Below are positions 52,002-64,000 of a stretch of 64,000 nucleotides of DNA, one piece after another (the first letter of the stretch is position 1; the number at the start of each line of letters is the position of its first letter). Below the pieces are notes generated by a model. The model was not told the DNA's origin, did no database searches, and saw only the letters and a program-made list of their open reading frames with translations. Position numbers and translations under genes: made by a program. Source of the stretch: Octopus vulgaris (Eukaryota); NCBI GenBank assembly GCA_951406725.2, contig OX597823.1, positions 117,676,001 through 117,740,000 on the forward strand. Direction: 5' to 3'.

Positions 52002-52399
52002 TACTGAATTAATAACATTCTGCTGCTCTTCACCCTTCCACTCCTGCCAACCATGTTCCCTATTCTCTTCAACCATCCCACCACTCTTGTTCACCATTCA
52101 CTATATTCCCCCTCACTCCCACTCCATTTCTAACCATCTCTATCCCTACACTCTTCAAACCTATCATCCTTCAATCTTCTTGTTCTTGTCCCTAATCTCT
52201 TTTCTGTTCATCATCTTATACATTGAGGGCTCATCCTAACACCTTGTAATCACCACTTTTATTTCTCCAGCTCTACCCTGACAATTCACATCTACCCTTA
52301 TATAACACAAAGTAGTCATGTATTGTTTTTGCCCCTGCTTTTCGATAAACATGTAGCACAAAGCCACCCCCCTCTCTCATACAATTACACTCAGTCAAT

Positions 52400-52895
52400 G
52401 AGGATCTCAGTCTTGCAAGTTACATGACAACCTCACTAGTGCTGATGTCATGAAAAAGAAAAAAAGCACCCAGTACACACTGTAAAGTGGTTGGCATTTG
52501 GAAGGATATCTAGGTATAGAAACTACATGAAGTAGAAACTGGAGCATGGGTCCTCAACTCATCAAACCCTGTCAAACTGAAAACCATGCCAGCATAGAAG
52601 ACAGGCATTAAATGATGATGATGATGATGATGATGATGACATGGCACGTGTAAAAAGATTCGAGCGAGGTTATTGCCAGTACCGCCTGACTGGCTCCCAT
52701 GTCAGTGACATGTAAAAAGCATCCACTACACTCTCGGAGTGGTTGGCGTTAGGAAGGGCATCCAGCTGTAGAAACTCTGCCAAATCAAGATTGGAGCCTG
52801 GTGCAGCCATCAGACTCGCCAGCCCTCAGTCAAAATCGTCCAACCCATGCTAGCATGGAAAGCGAACGTTAAACAACGATGATGATGATGATGAT
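52400..52895 (+). mobile_element. Two tandem family C repeats (one old, one younger)
   Basis: Two GTGGTTGGC.TT.GGAAGG...CCATGC.AGCAT.GAA...(GAT)n units. Confidence 0.75.
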
Positions 52896-53419
52896 ATATA
52901 TATATATATACACATATATATACACACACACACAGAAGACAGACAGACAGGCAGGTAGCAAATAGACTAATAAATCTATGTTATGACTTCATGAAGATAA
53001 TATCCACGTGAAAAATCAATGATCATTAGTGAACATGAAGTAGACGTAGTGAATAAGCGTAGGCCATATAAAATTTGATGTCCATAGGGTTTGATAGCCA
53101 CTGGTGAAAGTATATTTGTGTCATTTGCTATTAATTCCATTTTTATTGGTTTAAGATAATATAAGTTGTTATGAATGATCTGTAAATCAAAACGAGTCTT
53201 TTTTTTTTTCTTTTTTTATATATAAATTTGATCATATGAAACTGATGTCTTCTTTCCTTTCTCCAAATATATTTGGAGAATGATGTTTTTAGGATCAATT
53301 TTTGAGTTAACATGTTGGTATAATATATTCTTCAATGTATTGGCATAATACGATGCACTCTGCCATGTGCTGGTACAAAGTATTTTTACTACAATACGCT
53401 AGTGTAATATGCTCCTCAC

Positions 53420-54122
53420 CTTTTATTCTTTTATTCGGTTCAGTCATTTGAATGTGGCCATGCTGGAGCACCACCTTTAGTCGAGCAAATCGACCCCAGA
53501 ACTTATTCTTTGTAAGCCTAGTACTTATTCTATCGGTCTCTTATGCCGAACCGATAAGTTACAGGGACGTAAACACACCAGCATCAGTTGTCAAGCGATG
53601 TTGGGGGAACAAACACAGACACACAAATGTATACACACACACACATATATATTGCTGCCTTGGCCGAAGCCAGTGCCGCCTCGACTGGCTTCCGTGCAGG
53701 TGGCACATAAAATGCACCAATCCGACCGTGGCCGATGCCAGCCTCGCCTGGCACCAGTGCAGGTGGCACGAAAAATGCACCCACTACACTCACGGAGTGG
53801 TTGGCGTTAGGAAGGGCATCCAGCTGTAGAAACTTTGATAGATAAGACCGGAGCCTGGTGCAGCCTTCTGGCTTCCCAGATCCCCGGTCGAACCATCCAA
53901 CCCATGCTAGCATGGAGAACGGACGTTAAACAATGATGATGATACATACATACATATATACGACTGGCTTCTTTCAATTCAGTCTACCAAATCCACTCAC
54001 AAAGCTTTGGTCGGCCCAAGGCTATAGTAGAAGACACTTGCCCAAGGTGCCACGCAGTGGGACTGAACCCAGAACCATGTGGTTGGTAAGCAAGCTACTT
54101 ACCACACAGCCACTCCTATGCC
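53420..54122 (-). mobile_element. SINE family B containing an oppositely oriented family C insertion (53655-53944)
   Basis: The B halves at 53420-53650 and 53960-54122 flank a plus-strand family C copy. Confidence 0.85.
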
Positions 54123-54776
54123 TTAACAATGTACTATTCACTGTGTTGAGATGAACTTCAATTCCTGGAAGTCCTAAAACAATAAAGAGGCACTGCAGAT
54201 AAAACTGAGAATTCTATTTTGGTATTTCATTTGTTGCCTTGTGGTTTGCCTTCTATTTCACAGAAAGCTGTATTTGATTCAACCAAACACAACTGTAATG
54301 TGTAGCCAGAGACTAAAACCTTGCATTTGCAACATTTCGGGTCTACAGATCCTGTCAAAGTTTTGACAGATTATTCCTTTATTCAGTCGATTGGTCATAC
54401 AACAGTGCTTTCCAGGTTATAATGATTGTATCTTTATAACTACAAATTACATCCAGTTTTGATGGCTAACATGAAAGATAGTTTCTGTTAGATTACAGAA
54501 AGGACAACAAGATTTTTCAGAAATATCTCAGCTCATTGAAAGGACTATAAAATATTACAAATATAAAAAAAAAAGTGATAAATTTAGACCAAGAAAAGTT
54601 GGAGAGAACTAGGTCAGAAATGGGTTCATTAATGCAGCACCACAATACATGGACAAATGTTATATTTCAGTCCTTTCAGCTTGTATCAGCCTCTAAAAAC
54701 ATATTACAATAATAAAATGAATTAAGCTGTTTTGTAATGATCTGAAATAAAACCAAAAAGTTTTCAGAAATTAGAT

Positions 54777-55142
54777 GCAATTGTGACTGTGTGGTAAGTA
54801 GCTTGCTTCCTGACCTCATGGTTCCAGGTTCAGTCCCACTGTGTGGCACCTTGGGTAAGTGTTTTCTAGTGTAGCCTAAAATCAACCAGTCTTGTGAGGG
54901 GATCTGGCAGACAGAACTGAAAGAAGCCCAGTGTGTGTGTGTGTGTGTGTGCGTCCTACCACTACTTGACAACCTGTGTTGGTGTGTTTAAATCCCTGTA
55001 ACTTAGCAGTTTGGCAAAAGAGACTGACTGAATATAAGTACTTTACAAAAGTATAGGTGCTAGGGTCGATTCCTTCAACTAAAGTTCTTCAAGATGGTGT
55101 TCCAGCATGACTACAGTCTAACGACTAAAACAACTAAAAGAA
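54777..55142 (+). mobile_element. Older SINE family B copy
   Basis: Diverged match to 22005-22375. Confidence 0.8.
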
Positions 55143-55665
55143 TTATTACCGTGCTGGACAAAATGTCGAATGGAATTTCTTGTGGCACTTTATATTCTGA
55201 GTTCAAAATTTCTCAAAAAGACAATGTTTTTTTTTTTAGTGTTTCTCATCCATAAGACAGTGAATTATCATCTATAAATCACTCTCTGTACTGTATCAAT
55301 AATTACTTTCAAACTGTTTGAATCATGCCACAACTTCTTTTATATTTTGATGTCAGTCTTGGAAGTGAATCTGTCTTGAGACAGAGTGGAGAAATGTAAG
55401 AAAAAAACTTGCACAAAATGGATCAACACCAACCACTGTTGAAGAACAGAATTACGTATCAAATGAAATTGGTGTTCCATTAAGTTTACTACTCGGTGTC
55501 TTATTTCTATCTAAGTGGATTTGAGATGAAATAAAATTAAATTTGATTCAGTGGACACAGCTTACAAGCTGAATAAACTATTCAATTATAAGTACAGGGA
55601 ACACTCGAATGCAAAATATATAATGGAACTAGTCCAAATTATTACAATCTCTCAGAACATATTTC

Positions 55666-56503
55666 AGATCTTTGTGGGTTTTTGTCACTGTTTACAATTA
55701 TCTTTAAAAAAATAATTTAATATATCATGTAGATGTGATTTGTGACACCGAACCGAATCCGAATTTGTTATTCATTTATTCCAGAAAAATTTTGCAACAA
55801 TGTTACAGATGTTCTACGTTTGATAATTTTCAGCCAATCAGAAAACAGCACGTTCGCAGTCTCTTTTATCATCATCAGGATGGCGGGGGCAGATGGCGGG
55901 GGGCAGCATGTCAAAACATTGCTATTTCCCTTGTACTTGCACACACATACTCACACAGTTGAAACGATTTTTCTTTCCAGTGTTGAATGTTCACCATCCC
56001 ACTTCCATTGCACACACACACACACACACACATTCACATGTCTCCCTTTTACATACACACATACTCACACAAAGTTGAAAAGCTCCCGCTATCAGTTTAG
56101 CATCATCCCTTCCTTTCTTGTTCATCCATCACCTCTTTCTTTTCTCATTTATCTATCACCCCTTCCTGTCTTATTCATATGTTGCGACGGAGAAAAACAC
56201 AAGAGTATTATTATAGTAATAAGATTATCTTTCTCGTATCTCCTTCTCCTCCTTGTGTACATGCACAGCATCTTTGGTTACTATGGAAACAGATTTTCGC
56301 CACAGTGATGTGTAAAATACTCGCTTCTGATTGGCTAAAATACCCAAATTTTGCAAATTTTAAAGGCTAATAACTTTTTAATTATAGATTTAAAGGAGAA
56401 AGGAATTTCATTTTCATAATTAGTATACAAAACTTAATCCATATACTAAATTTGAAAACAATTGGAACAAAATTGTAAACATTGATGAAAACCACAAAGA
56501 TCC
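55666..56503. mobile_element. Non-autonomous TIR DNA transposon with 8 bp TSD
   Basis: TIRs AGATCTTTGTGGGTTTTTGTCACTGTTTACAATT and AATTGTAAACATTGATGAAAACCACAAAGATCC. Direct repeat CATATTTC at 55658-55665 and 56504-56511. Confidence 0.88.
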
Positions 56504-56632
56504 CATATTTCTAATATTCTGAATCAACCTCAAACAGTCAAAAGGTTGAAATTCTAGAAACTGACAAAAAATTTACGAGTTGGGCCATTTACATTACTTT
56601 ATATTGCTTTACTGAATAATATATTTTGAAAA

Positions 56633-56970
56633 GGTGCATTGGTCAGTGGTTAATGTGTCAGGCTCACAGTCATGAGGTAGTGATCTGGTTCCTGGACTGG
56701 GCTGTGTATTGTGTTCTTGAGCAAGACACTTTATTTCACGTTGCTCCAGTTCACTCACCTATAGAGGTGAGTTGCAACGTCGCTGGTGCCAAGCTGTAGC
56801 AGCCTTTGCCTTTCCCTTGGATAACATCGGTGACACAGAGAGGAGAAGCTAGTATGCATGGGTGACTACTGGTCTTCCATAAACAACCTTGCCTGGAGTT
56901 GTGCCTTGGTGGGTAATTCACTTGGTGCAATCTCATGGTCAATTATGTCCAAAGAGGGTCTTTACCCTTT
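56633..56970 (+). mobile_element. tRNA-derived SINE, family D
   Basis: Head with AGTGGTTA..GTGTCAGGCTCACA, then GTGTTCTTGAGCAAGACACTT. A homologue lies at 63289. Confidence 0.8.
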
Positions 56971-58432
56971 AGATATCTACAAGACCAGGGAGGTCTGAGT
57001 TCCCCAGCAACGGAGTTTTATTTCATGGGGTGCTTTTTCTTTTCCATGTTCTTCCACATGCTTTTAATGAATGTGACATAGAAATCACACATAAATGGCT
57101 CCTTTCCCCAGAAAAGGAAAGATTTGGCTGCTATTTCTTGCATACCCTGCTACAACATATCAGGTATTTTGGGGCCTTTATTGTAAATAGCTGTTCCGTG
57201 GTGGCAGGGCGTGATAGACATAGCAGCCAAATCTTTGGAGGTGAGATACGTTGAATGCGCTTGAAAGAAACCTATGGAAAAAACTATTTCACACTGAGGT
57301 TATGAATAGGTCTTTTATGAAATATTTACCATATTTTTAAAGTAATTTTCACTTAAAAATATTTTGCCTACCATAATGTGTCTAATGGAAAGGTTAGAGT
57401 TTCTTCTTTTCAGAGTGAAGTTATTTTCCCATTATTCACAATTTTAGGTATTTTTACCCAAAACCCAACTACTGGTCCGATTTCTACAAAATTTGTTTTA
57501 TTCTATTAGTATTCACATTTTCTTTCAAAGTATTTTTCTATTATGGACCAGTTTGGCTGTGTAACATTGCAAGCAAACAAGCAAGATTGGACTTCACTTT
57601 TAATAGTATATAGATGGCATATGAGATATCTCCGCCTGGGTAAGACAAATCTAGCACAGATAACTTTCCCAAGTGATATGATACCTATTTCCCGGAACAT
57701 CAAAAGAAACCGAATAATGTAGAATAGATACTCTGCCCATTAAGCTTAATGTAATTTCTTCATTGGATTTGAACTCACAACCTACAACTTTATCCATTTC
57801 TACGCAACAAACAGAATCCAATACCTTATCTAATCAACTACCCACTTCAGCATACAATTGAATATACTTTTCAGTCTTGGAAAATATATTTTGCTAAGAA
57901 ACTATTCTGCAGTTAAATGAAAGATTTAACACTTGTTTTATGATATATTCAATAAAGTTGAGAGTAAAAACCATTTCCTTCTAATGCAAGATGTAGTTTA
58001 ATCTGTAAAGTGATGGTAATTAAGATTACACTATTTCCCAAAGACAGTATTCTCTTTATTCCACATATGGCAATTACCATTACAAGATACAGAATTGGAA
58101 ACAACTAATGTTTATTACAGAATTTCCAATAAAATATTACACAGAAGCAGAAACAGAATTATAGCAGATAAATAAATGACACAAAGTACATTTATTTACA
58201 ATATATTGTTGTTATTATCATCATCATCATCATCATCATTATTATTATTATTATTATTACAAGTGCAATTACTATCACCACCACCATCACCACTACTACT
58301 GCTGCTGCTCTTAAGTTATTTTTACTATTATTGATATTGCTATTACCATTGTTCTATATGTTGTTATGACAAGTTTGAGTCTTATTGTAATTGGTGTTAC
58401 AGTTGTATTTGCAATAATAATAATTATTACAA

Positions 58433-59359
58433 AAGGTGGCAAGCTGGCAGAATTGTTAGCACACTGAGTGAAATTCTTAGCAGTAGTTCGTCTGTTTTTA
58501 CATTCTGAGTTCAAATGCCACCAAGGTCAACTTTGCCTTTCATCCTTTTGGGATCAATAAATTAAGTACCAGTCGAGTACTGGGGTCGATGTGATCAACA
58601 TGCCCCCTCTTCACAAATTTCAGGCCTATTATTATAAAAGGCAACGAGCTGGCAGAATTGTTAACGTGCCAGAAAAAGTGCTAGGCAGCATTTCGTCCAT
58701 CTTTACATTCTGAGTTCAAATGCCACCAAGGTTGACTTTGCCTTTCACCCTTTCTGGGTCAATAAAATAAGTACCAGTTGAGTACTAGGGTCGATGTATT
58801 CAACTCATCCCCCTACCCCAAAATTGCTGACCTTGTACCAAAATTTGAAACCATTATAATTATTGTTATTATTATTGAAGGTGGTGGGCTGGTAGAATCG
58901 TTACTATACAGGGCAAAATACATACTGACATTTCTTCTGGCTTTTTACATTCTGAATACATTCTGAACTCAAATACCACAAGGTATTATCATTATTATTA
59001 TTATTCAGAGAGCTGGCAGAATTGTTAGCATAAACTCAAATACTTCAAGGCTCAATAAAATAATCAACTCACTCCAATCCTCAAAACTGCTATCCTATCA
59101 TTATTATTATTATTATTATTATTATCATTATTATTATTAAGGCAGTGAGCTGGAAGAATCGTCAGCATGCCGGGCAAAATACTTAATGGTATTTTGCCCA
59201 TCTTTACATTCTGAGTTCAAATTCCACGAAGGTTGACTTTGCCTTTCATCCTTTCAGGGTCGATAAACTAAGTACCAATGAAACACTGGGGTGGGGGGGT
59301 TGATGTAATTGACTAATTCCCTCCCCCAAAATGGCTGCCCTTGTGGTAAAATTTGAAAC

Positions 59360-59392
<33 letters not shown>

Positions 59393-59830
59393 CATTATTA
59401 TTATCTAAGGCAGTGAGCTGGCAGAATTGTTAGCATACCGTGTGAAATGCTTAGCAGTATTTCGTCTGCTGCTATGTTCTAAGTTCAAATCCCGCCAAAG
59501 CTGACTTTGCCTTTCATCCTTTCAGGGTCGATAAATTAAGTACCAGTGAAATACTGGGGTCAATGTGACTGGTTAGTCCCCTCCCACAAAATCTCAAGCC
59601 TTGTAACTATAATAGAAAGGATTATTATTATTATTATTAAGGTGGCTACCTGGCAGACTTGTTAGCATTGCAAGACAAAAAGGTAAGTGGCATTTCATCT
59701 GTATCTATGTTCTGAGTTCAAATTCTACCAAGGTCAAGTTTGCCTTTCATCCTTTCAAGGTCATTAGAATAAATACCTGTCAAACACTACTATCTCACTC
59801 CTCCAAATTTCAAGCCTATAGTAAAAAGGA
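58433..59830 (+). mobile_element. Head-to-tail cluster of about 7 family A SINEs separated by (ATT)n
   Basis: Heads AAGG..G.GAGCTGGCAGAA at ~58433, 58638, 58878, 59008, 59139, 59407 and 59639. Confidence 0.88.
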
Positions 59831-62800
59831 TTATTATTATTATTAATATTATTGTTGTTGTGGTTGCCATAGATATTAGTTATGGTAAATACCATAGTTT
59901 CGTGATAAGCTCTTAGTAAGGCTTATGAAGCTAGTTTAATTCCTGGTTGAAACCATTTTTACTATGTCACAAAGGTTTCATTCACAAACAAAACTTCATC
60001 TTTCACATCATAATCACGATTTACTACTGCTCCTAAGTGACAATTATTTCTTCATGCTACAAAACAGAGATAACTTTGAGGTGGAGCAACTGTTTTCCAG
60101 ACAGGCCCACAAACATGAAGCATAAGTGAAATCCACTGACATTCAGATAAACTGAGGCACACACATGCATACTTTCTCCAGAGGCACAATATAATAAAAG
60201 CATGGGAAAATAGATTACAAAAGAAAGAGGGAATACATGGTACATCATGGCCTCTACTCCATGATTCAGGAGCAGAGATTAATAGAGTTTTAATTATAAA
60301 TAAATATATAAAAACAATGATAACTGCAATAATGTATAGTGAGATAATAGTAATACAGATAATGGTAATTTAGATAATTGTAAAATAGAAAATAAAAAAG
60401 GAATGGGAAATCTTTTTTTAAATCATTTTTATATTCAAACTAACACCAAAACCTCTGAATATTTATGTCACAATCAGCTTCAAGAAATAATCAATATTGG
60501 ATATATTCACATATACACATGGTTGTATCTAGTAGGTGTATATATGCAAGAGTGTGTATGTTATGTGTGTGTGTGTGTGTGTATACATGCATACATACAT
60601 GTATGCATGAGTACGATGTGTGTACATATGTAAGATACTTATATTTATGTATGGTGAGTGTGTGTGTGTGTGTCTTTGTACACACGTGCATGAATATTTT
60701 CCCCCCTTAATTAAATTGAGTTTTATAATCCTTGGCTATGTGAGAGTCTAACAAGATATATGTCTACAACTCGCTCATAGAAGAATGCCACAATGAAGAT
60801 CTAAACACTATTTTTCTTTTTTTTTTATGTATTTATTGCACAATACACTCATAAATTACAATAGCAGTCCAAATGAAATTTGTTGTTGTGGTTGTTTGCT
60901 TCTAAATTTAAACCAGAAATGAAAGCTAAGTTATTCCACATTCAGTTGAAAGCTCTCCACGCTTTTATTCATTTATTCAAATTTTGTTTTCATATATTTC
61001 CCCCTCGCTGAATTGCTTGTCCTACGACCAGCCTGCCAGCCCCTCCATGCACCAACCAGCCACCAGTAACAAGTCCCCAATTATTCATTACCAATTTATC
61101 TTCTTTCTTTTTTTTCCTTCTTCTTCTTCTTCTTCTTTGCAGAGAAGATGAACAAGTGTTGGAGAAGAAAGATGAAATACATACAGGAACGAAGAAGATG
61201 ATAAAATACAGTAAAATGACATAAACTACAAGGAAGAATTAATTGTGACAACAGCTCAAGAAACGCATAAAATACCTGCAAGATATTGTCTAATTTCACT
61301 GAAATACAAATTATGGAAATTAGAAAAAAATTAAGAATTAATGAAGTTCCATCATATTTTAGAAAATTTTTCTGATGTTTTTATTTCTCTAGTTTAATGA
61401 GAGCAGCACTGGCTGATGATGACGGTGGTGGTGGCGATGGAGAAGTGTGCTAGGTGGTAGTGCAGTGGTGGTGGTGGGGACAGCAATGGTGCAAAGGAAG
61501 CTATAAATATATAATAAATTTTCTTCCATCGTTGTCATCTACGTGGGTACAATTTTTTAAAACATGATGAATACTACATTTGTCTTGTTCTCCTGAATAG
61601 CCCATAAATCACTTTACAGTTGCATTATTATATGAAAGCATGTGTCAGTGTAGAAGAATATGTGTGTGTGTGTGTGTGTATAAATGATTTAAGCTTGAAC
61701 AGAAAATATGAGAGCATATATATGAATGTGAAACTTGTATGAATTATGTGTAAGATGTCACAGATGGCTGAGATTAATTGACTATTGGCTATCTGTAGAA
61801 ATGGTCAATAGTGTCGCACTACTATACCCAAGGCCAAAACACTTAACTGTAATGGCGCTAAGCTTCCTGAGACCAGGTACTGGGACAAGTGAGCAAACCA
61901 TACACCAGACATACTGTTCTGTTGGAAACTTTCCAGTTGCAAAGATATGCCAGTCATTTCAACATGTGGAATCATTAATACCAATTTGTTTTTTCACTCT
62001 ATTTTTCTTCCTCTCATCCCTTTCCATCAGAGTAGGCTTGAAACTTCAAAGACTCTTCTATTTTACCCAAGCATCAAACTAATACACCTGCTTGTTGTTC
62101 CCTCACCTGTCCCTGCCTTTTGTTTACTGCACATTTGAACTATATATATGTATATATGTATATATATGAATCAGCCACTGATTTATAAGGTAAATACTAT
62201 ATACTGACAGTTAGGTTTTAGCCAAACCATTCAGCAATGGAGTAGTCACAACTGATGAGTTTTAATCTTAAGCAAATCTAGACTAGTATTGTAATCTTGC
62301 TTGCTGAGGAACAGTTATCTCCCTTGACAGTGCATAAACATCTGCTTCTTTGCAGCTCTCAGAGATTTTAAGTCATATTTCTAGCAATGTAGGAGCTACT
62401 CTGCACCATCAGTTACAATCAGTGACAAGGGAATTTCTCCTTTTTGGCCTTACATTGTGTAGAGCTACCTTTGTTATTATATATATATATGAGAAAAAGT
62501 AAAACAAAATTATAAAGTAAAGATGATCTCGTAGTAGGTTGGATACAGAGTTCTGGGAAGGAAGGTACAGGATAAGTAATTAGGAAGGTTACTTGAATGC
62601 CAGAATTTAAACAATATTTTGGGGAAATGTCAGGTTTGATTCATTCTTGTAAGTGTTCAGGCAGATGTTAAAACCATTTGTAGATTGCAGTATCAAAGCA
62701 TTCTCTACAATACATAAAGATCATATTTCTTGTTCGTTTTATTTAATATTGCCAAGTACTTTGATTTCAAACTGGTACCCTTCCTACTTTAATTCTCTCT

Positions 62801-62929
62801 TCAACAAACTTTAACACTACTTTCACAATAAGCTACCACTAGAAAAATCTTGAAGTTATTTCCCTTACTGGTATCCATGCACATGGCACAAAATTACAAA
62901 ATATTTTTTAAAACAGTGTAGTAAAAATG

Positions 62930-62997
62930 CATACCACATGGATAATCCATTGCATACCACATGGATAATCCATTGCATACCACATGAATAATCCATA
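62930..62997. repeat. Short tandem repeat, 3 x 23 bp (ATACCACATGGATAATCCATTGC)
   Basis: Read directly. Confidence 0.85.
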
Positions 62998-63288
62998 ATG
63001 TAAAACTGTATAGTAATGGAAATACAACTAATATATCACATTGTTTAATACATATCCACTCTACAACTATGAGGTCTGCATTTTTCTGAATTAACACTAA
63101 TAAACATTACACACACACATGTACGTATGTACATAAATAATATATGTATATTCATACATACATACCTTATATATATATATATCAGATGGTGCATTGCACT
63201 CCTGAGCAAAGTAATTCATTTCCCATCACTCCAATTCACTCAACTAAGAATGAGCACTAATGCCAATTAGGGGTTAATCATCTAATGA

Positions 63289-63546
63289 AGGCACATGGCT
63301 CAGTGGTTAGAGTGTCAGGCTCACAATCCTGAGGTAGTGAATTTGATTCCTGGACCGGGCTGTGTTGTGTCCTTGAGCAAGAGGCTTTCTTTCACATTGC
63401 TCCAGTTCACTCAGCTGTATAAACGAGTTGTGACATCACTGGTGCCAAGCTGTACTGGCACTTGCCTTTCCCTTGGATAACATTGGTGGGGTGGAGAGGG
63501 GAGGCTGGGAGGGCATGGGTGACTGCTGGTCTTCCATAAACAACCT
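63289..63546 (+). mobile_element. tRNA-derived SINE, family D
   Basis: GGCACATGGCTCAGTGGTTAGAGTGTCAGGCTCACAATCCTGAGG..TTTGATTCC head. Matches 56633-56890. Confidence 0.82.
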
Positions 63547-64000
63547 TCTTCTTGTCTTGAGACAGCATTCACCCAGGGTGGGTTGAGCTGGCTTCATTCA
63601 TCCTCAATGCTGCATCCCATTGAAGGGTAAGTTTTGTATTCTCTTGGAAATTCAGATAAATTCAGTTATCATTCATTTACACACACCATCAATAATAATC
63701 TCTTAAAAGTTCTACAACTTTAAATTAGTTTTCAAAAATATGTATTGCCCTGCCTGCACGCACCATTCTTTGGTCAACACACCTTCATATAAAGTACCCG
63801 TTATTCTTTTCGAGTAAACTGACAACTTATATAGGAAAAAGAAAAGTAGACAGAGATACGAAGATTATATGAGTGTATATGTATGTGTGTGTATATATTT
63901 GTGCATGTATTATATATATATACAATGTGTGTGTGTGTGTGTATGTGTGTGTGTGTGTATGTGTGTGCACGCAGGTGTGTACACACACACAATCACACAC

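Noticed and set aside
55742-56308. 188 aa ORF as a transposase or host gene
   Set aside because: It lies inside a non-autonomous TIR element, crosses (CA)n repeats and has no catalytic motifs.
63289-63365. tRNA gene
   Set aside because: The tRNA-like head continues into a repeated SINE body and the cloverleaf is degenerate. The same applies at 51670-51739 and 35370-35440.

Overview
This is AT-rich, microsatellite-dense eukaryotic genomic DNA. The SINE repertoire suggests an octopod cephalopod (inference). The window appears to lie inside a minus-strand RIC1 (RAB6A-GEF complex partner) gene. Only two small coding exons were found (23908-23994 and 5806-5890), separated by an 18 kb intron. The next upstream exon was not found in the remaining 40 kb. 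The introns hold tRNA-derived SINEs, decayed RTE/CR1/R4-like LINEs, two mariner elements, MITEs and Penelope-like elements. The most notable signal is a set of hammerhead-ribozyme-like motifs. These include a form with an unusually long (~59 nt) stem II whose helices covary between diverged copies. Two long near-perfect foldback elements carry mirror-image hammerhead motifs on both strands. Nearly all ORFs in the supplied track are spurious translations of repeats.
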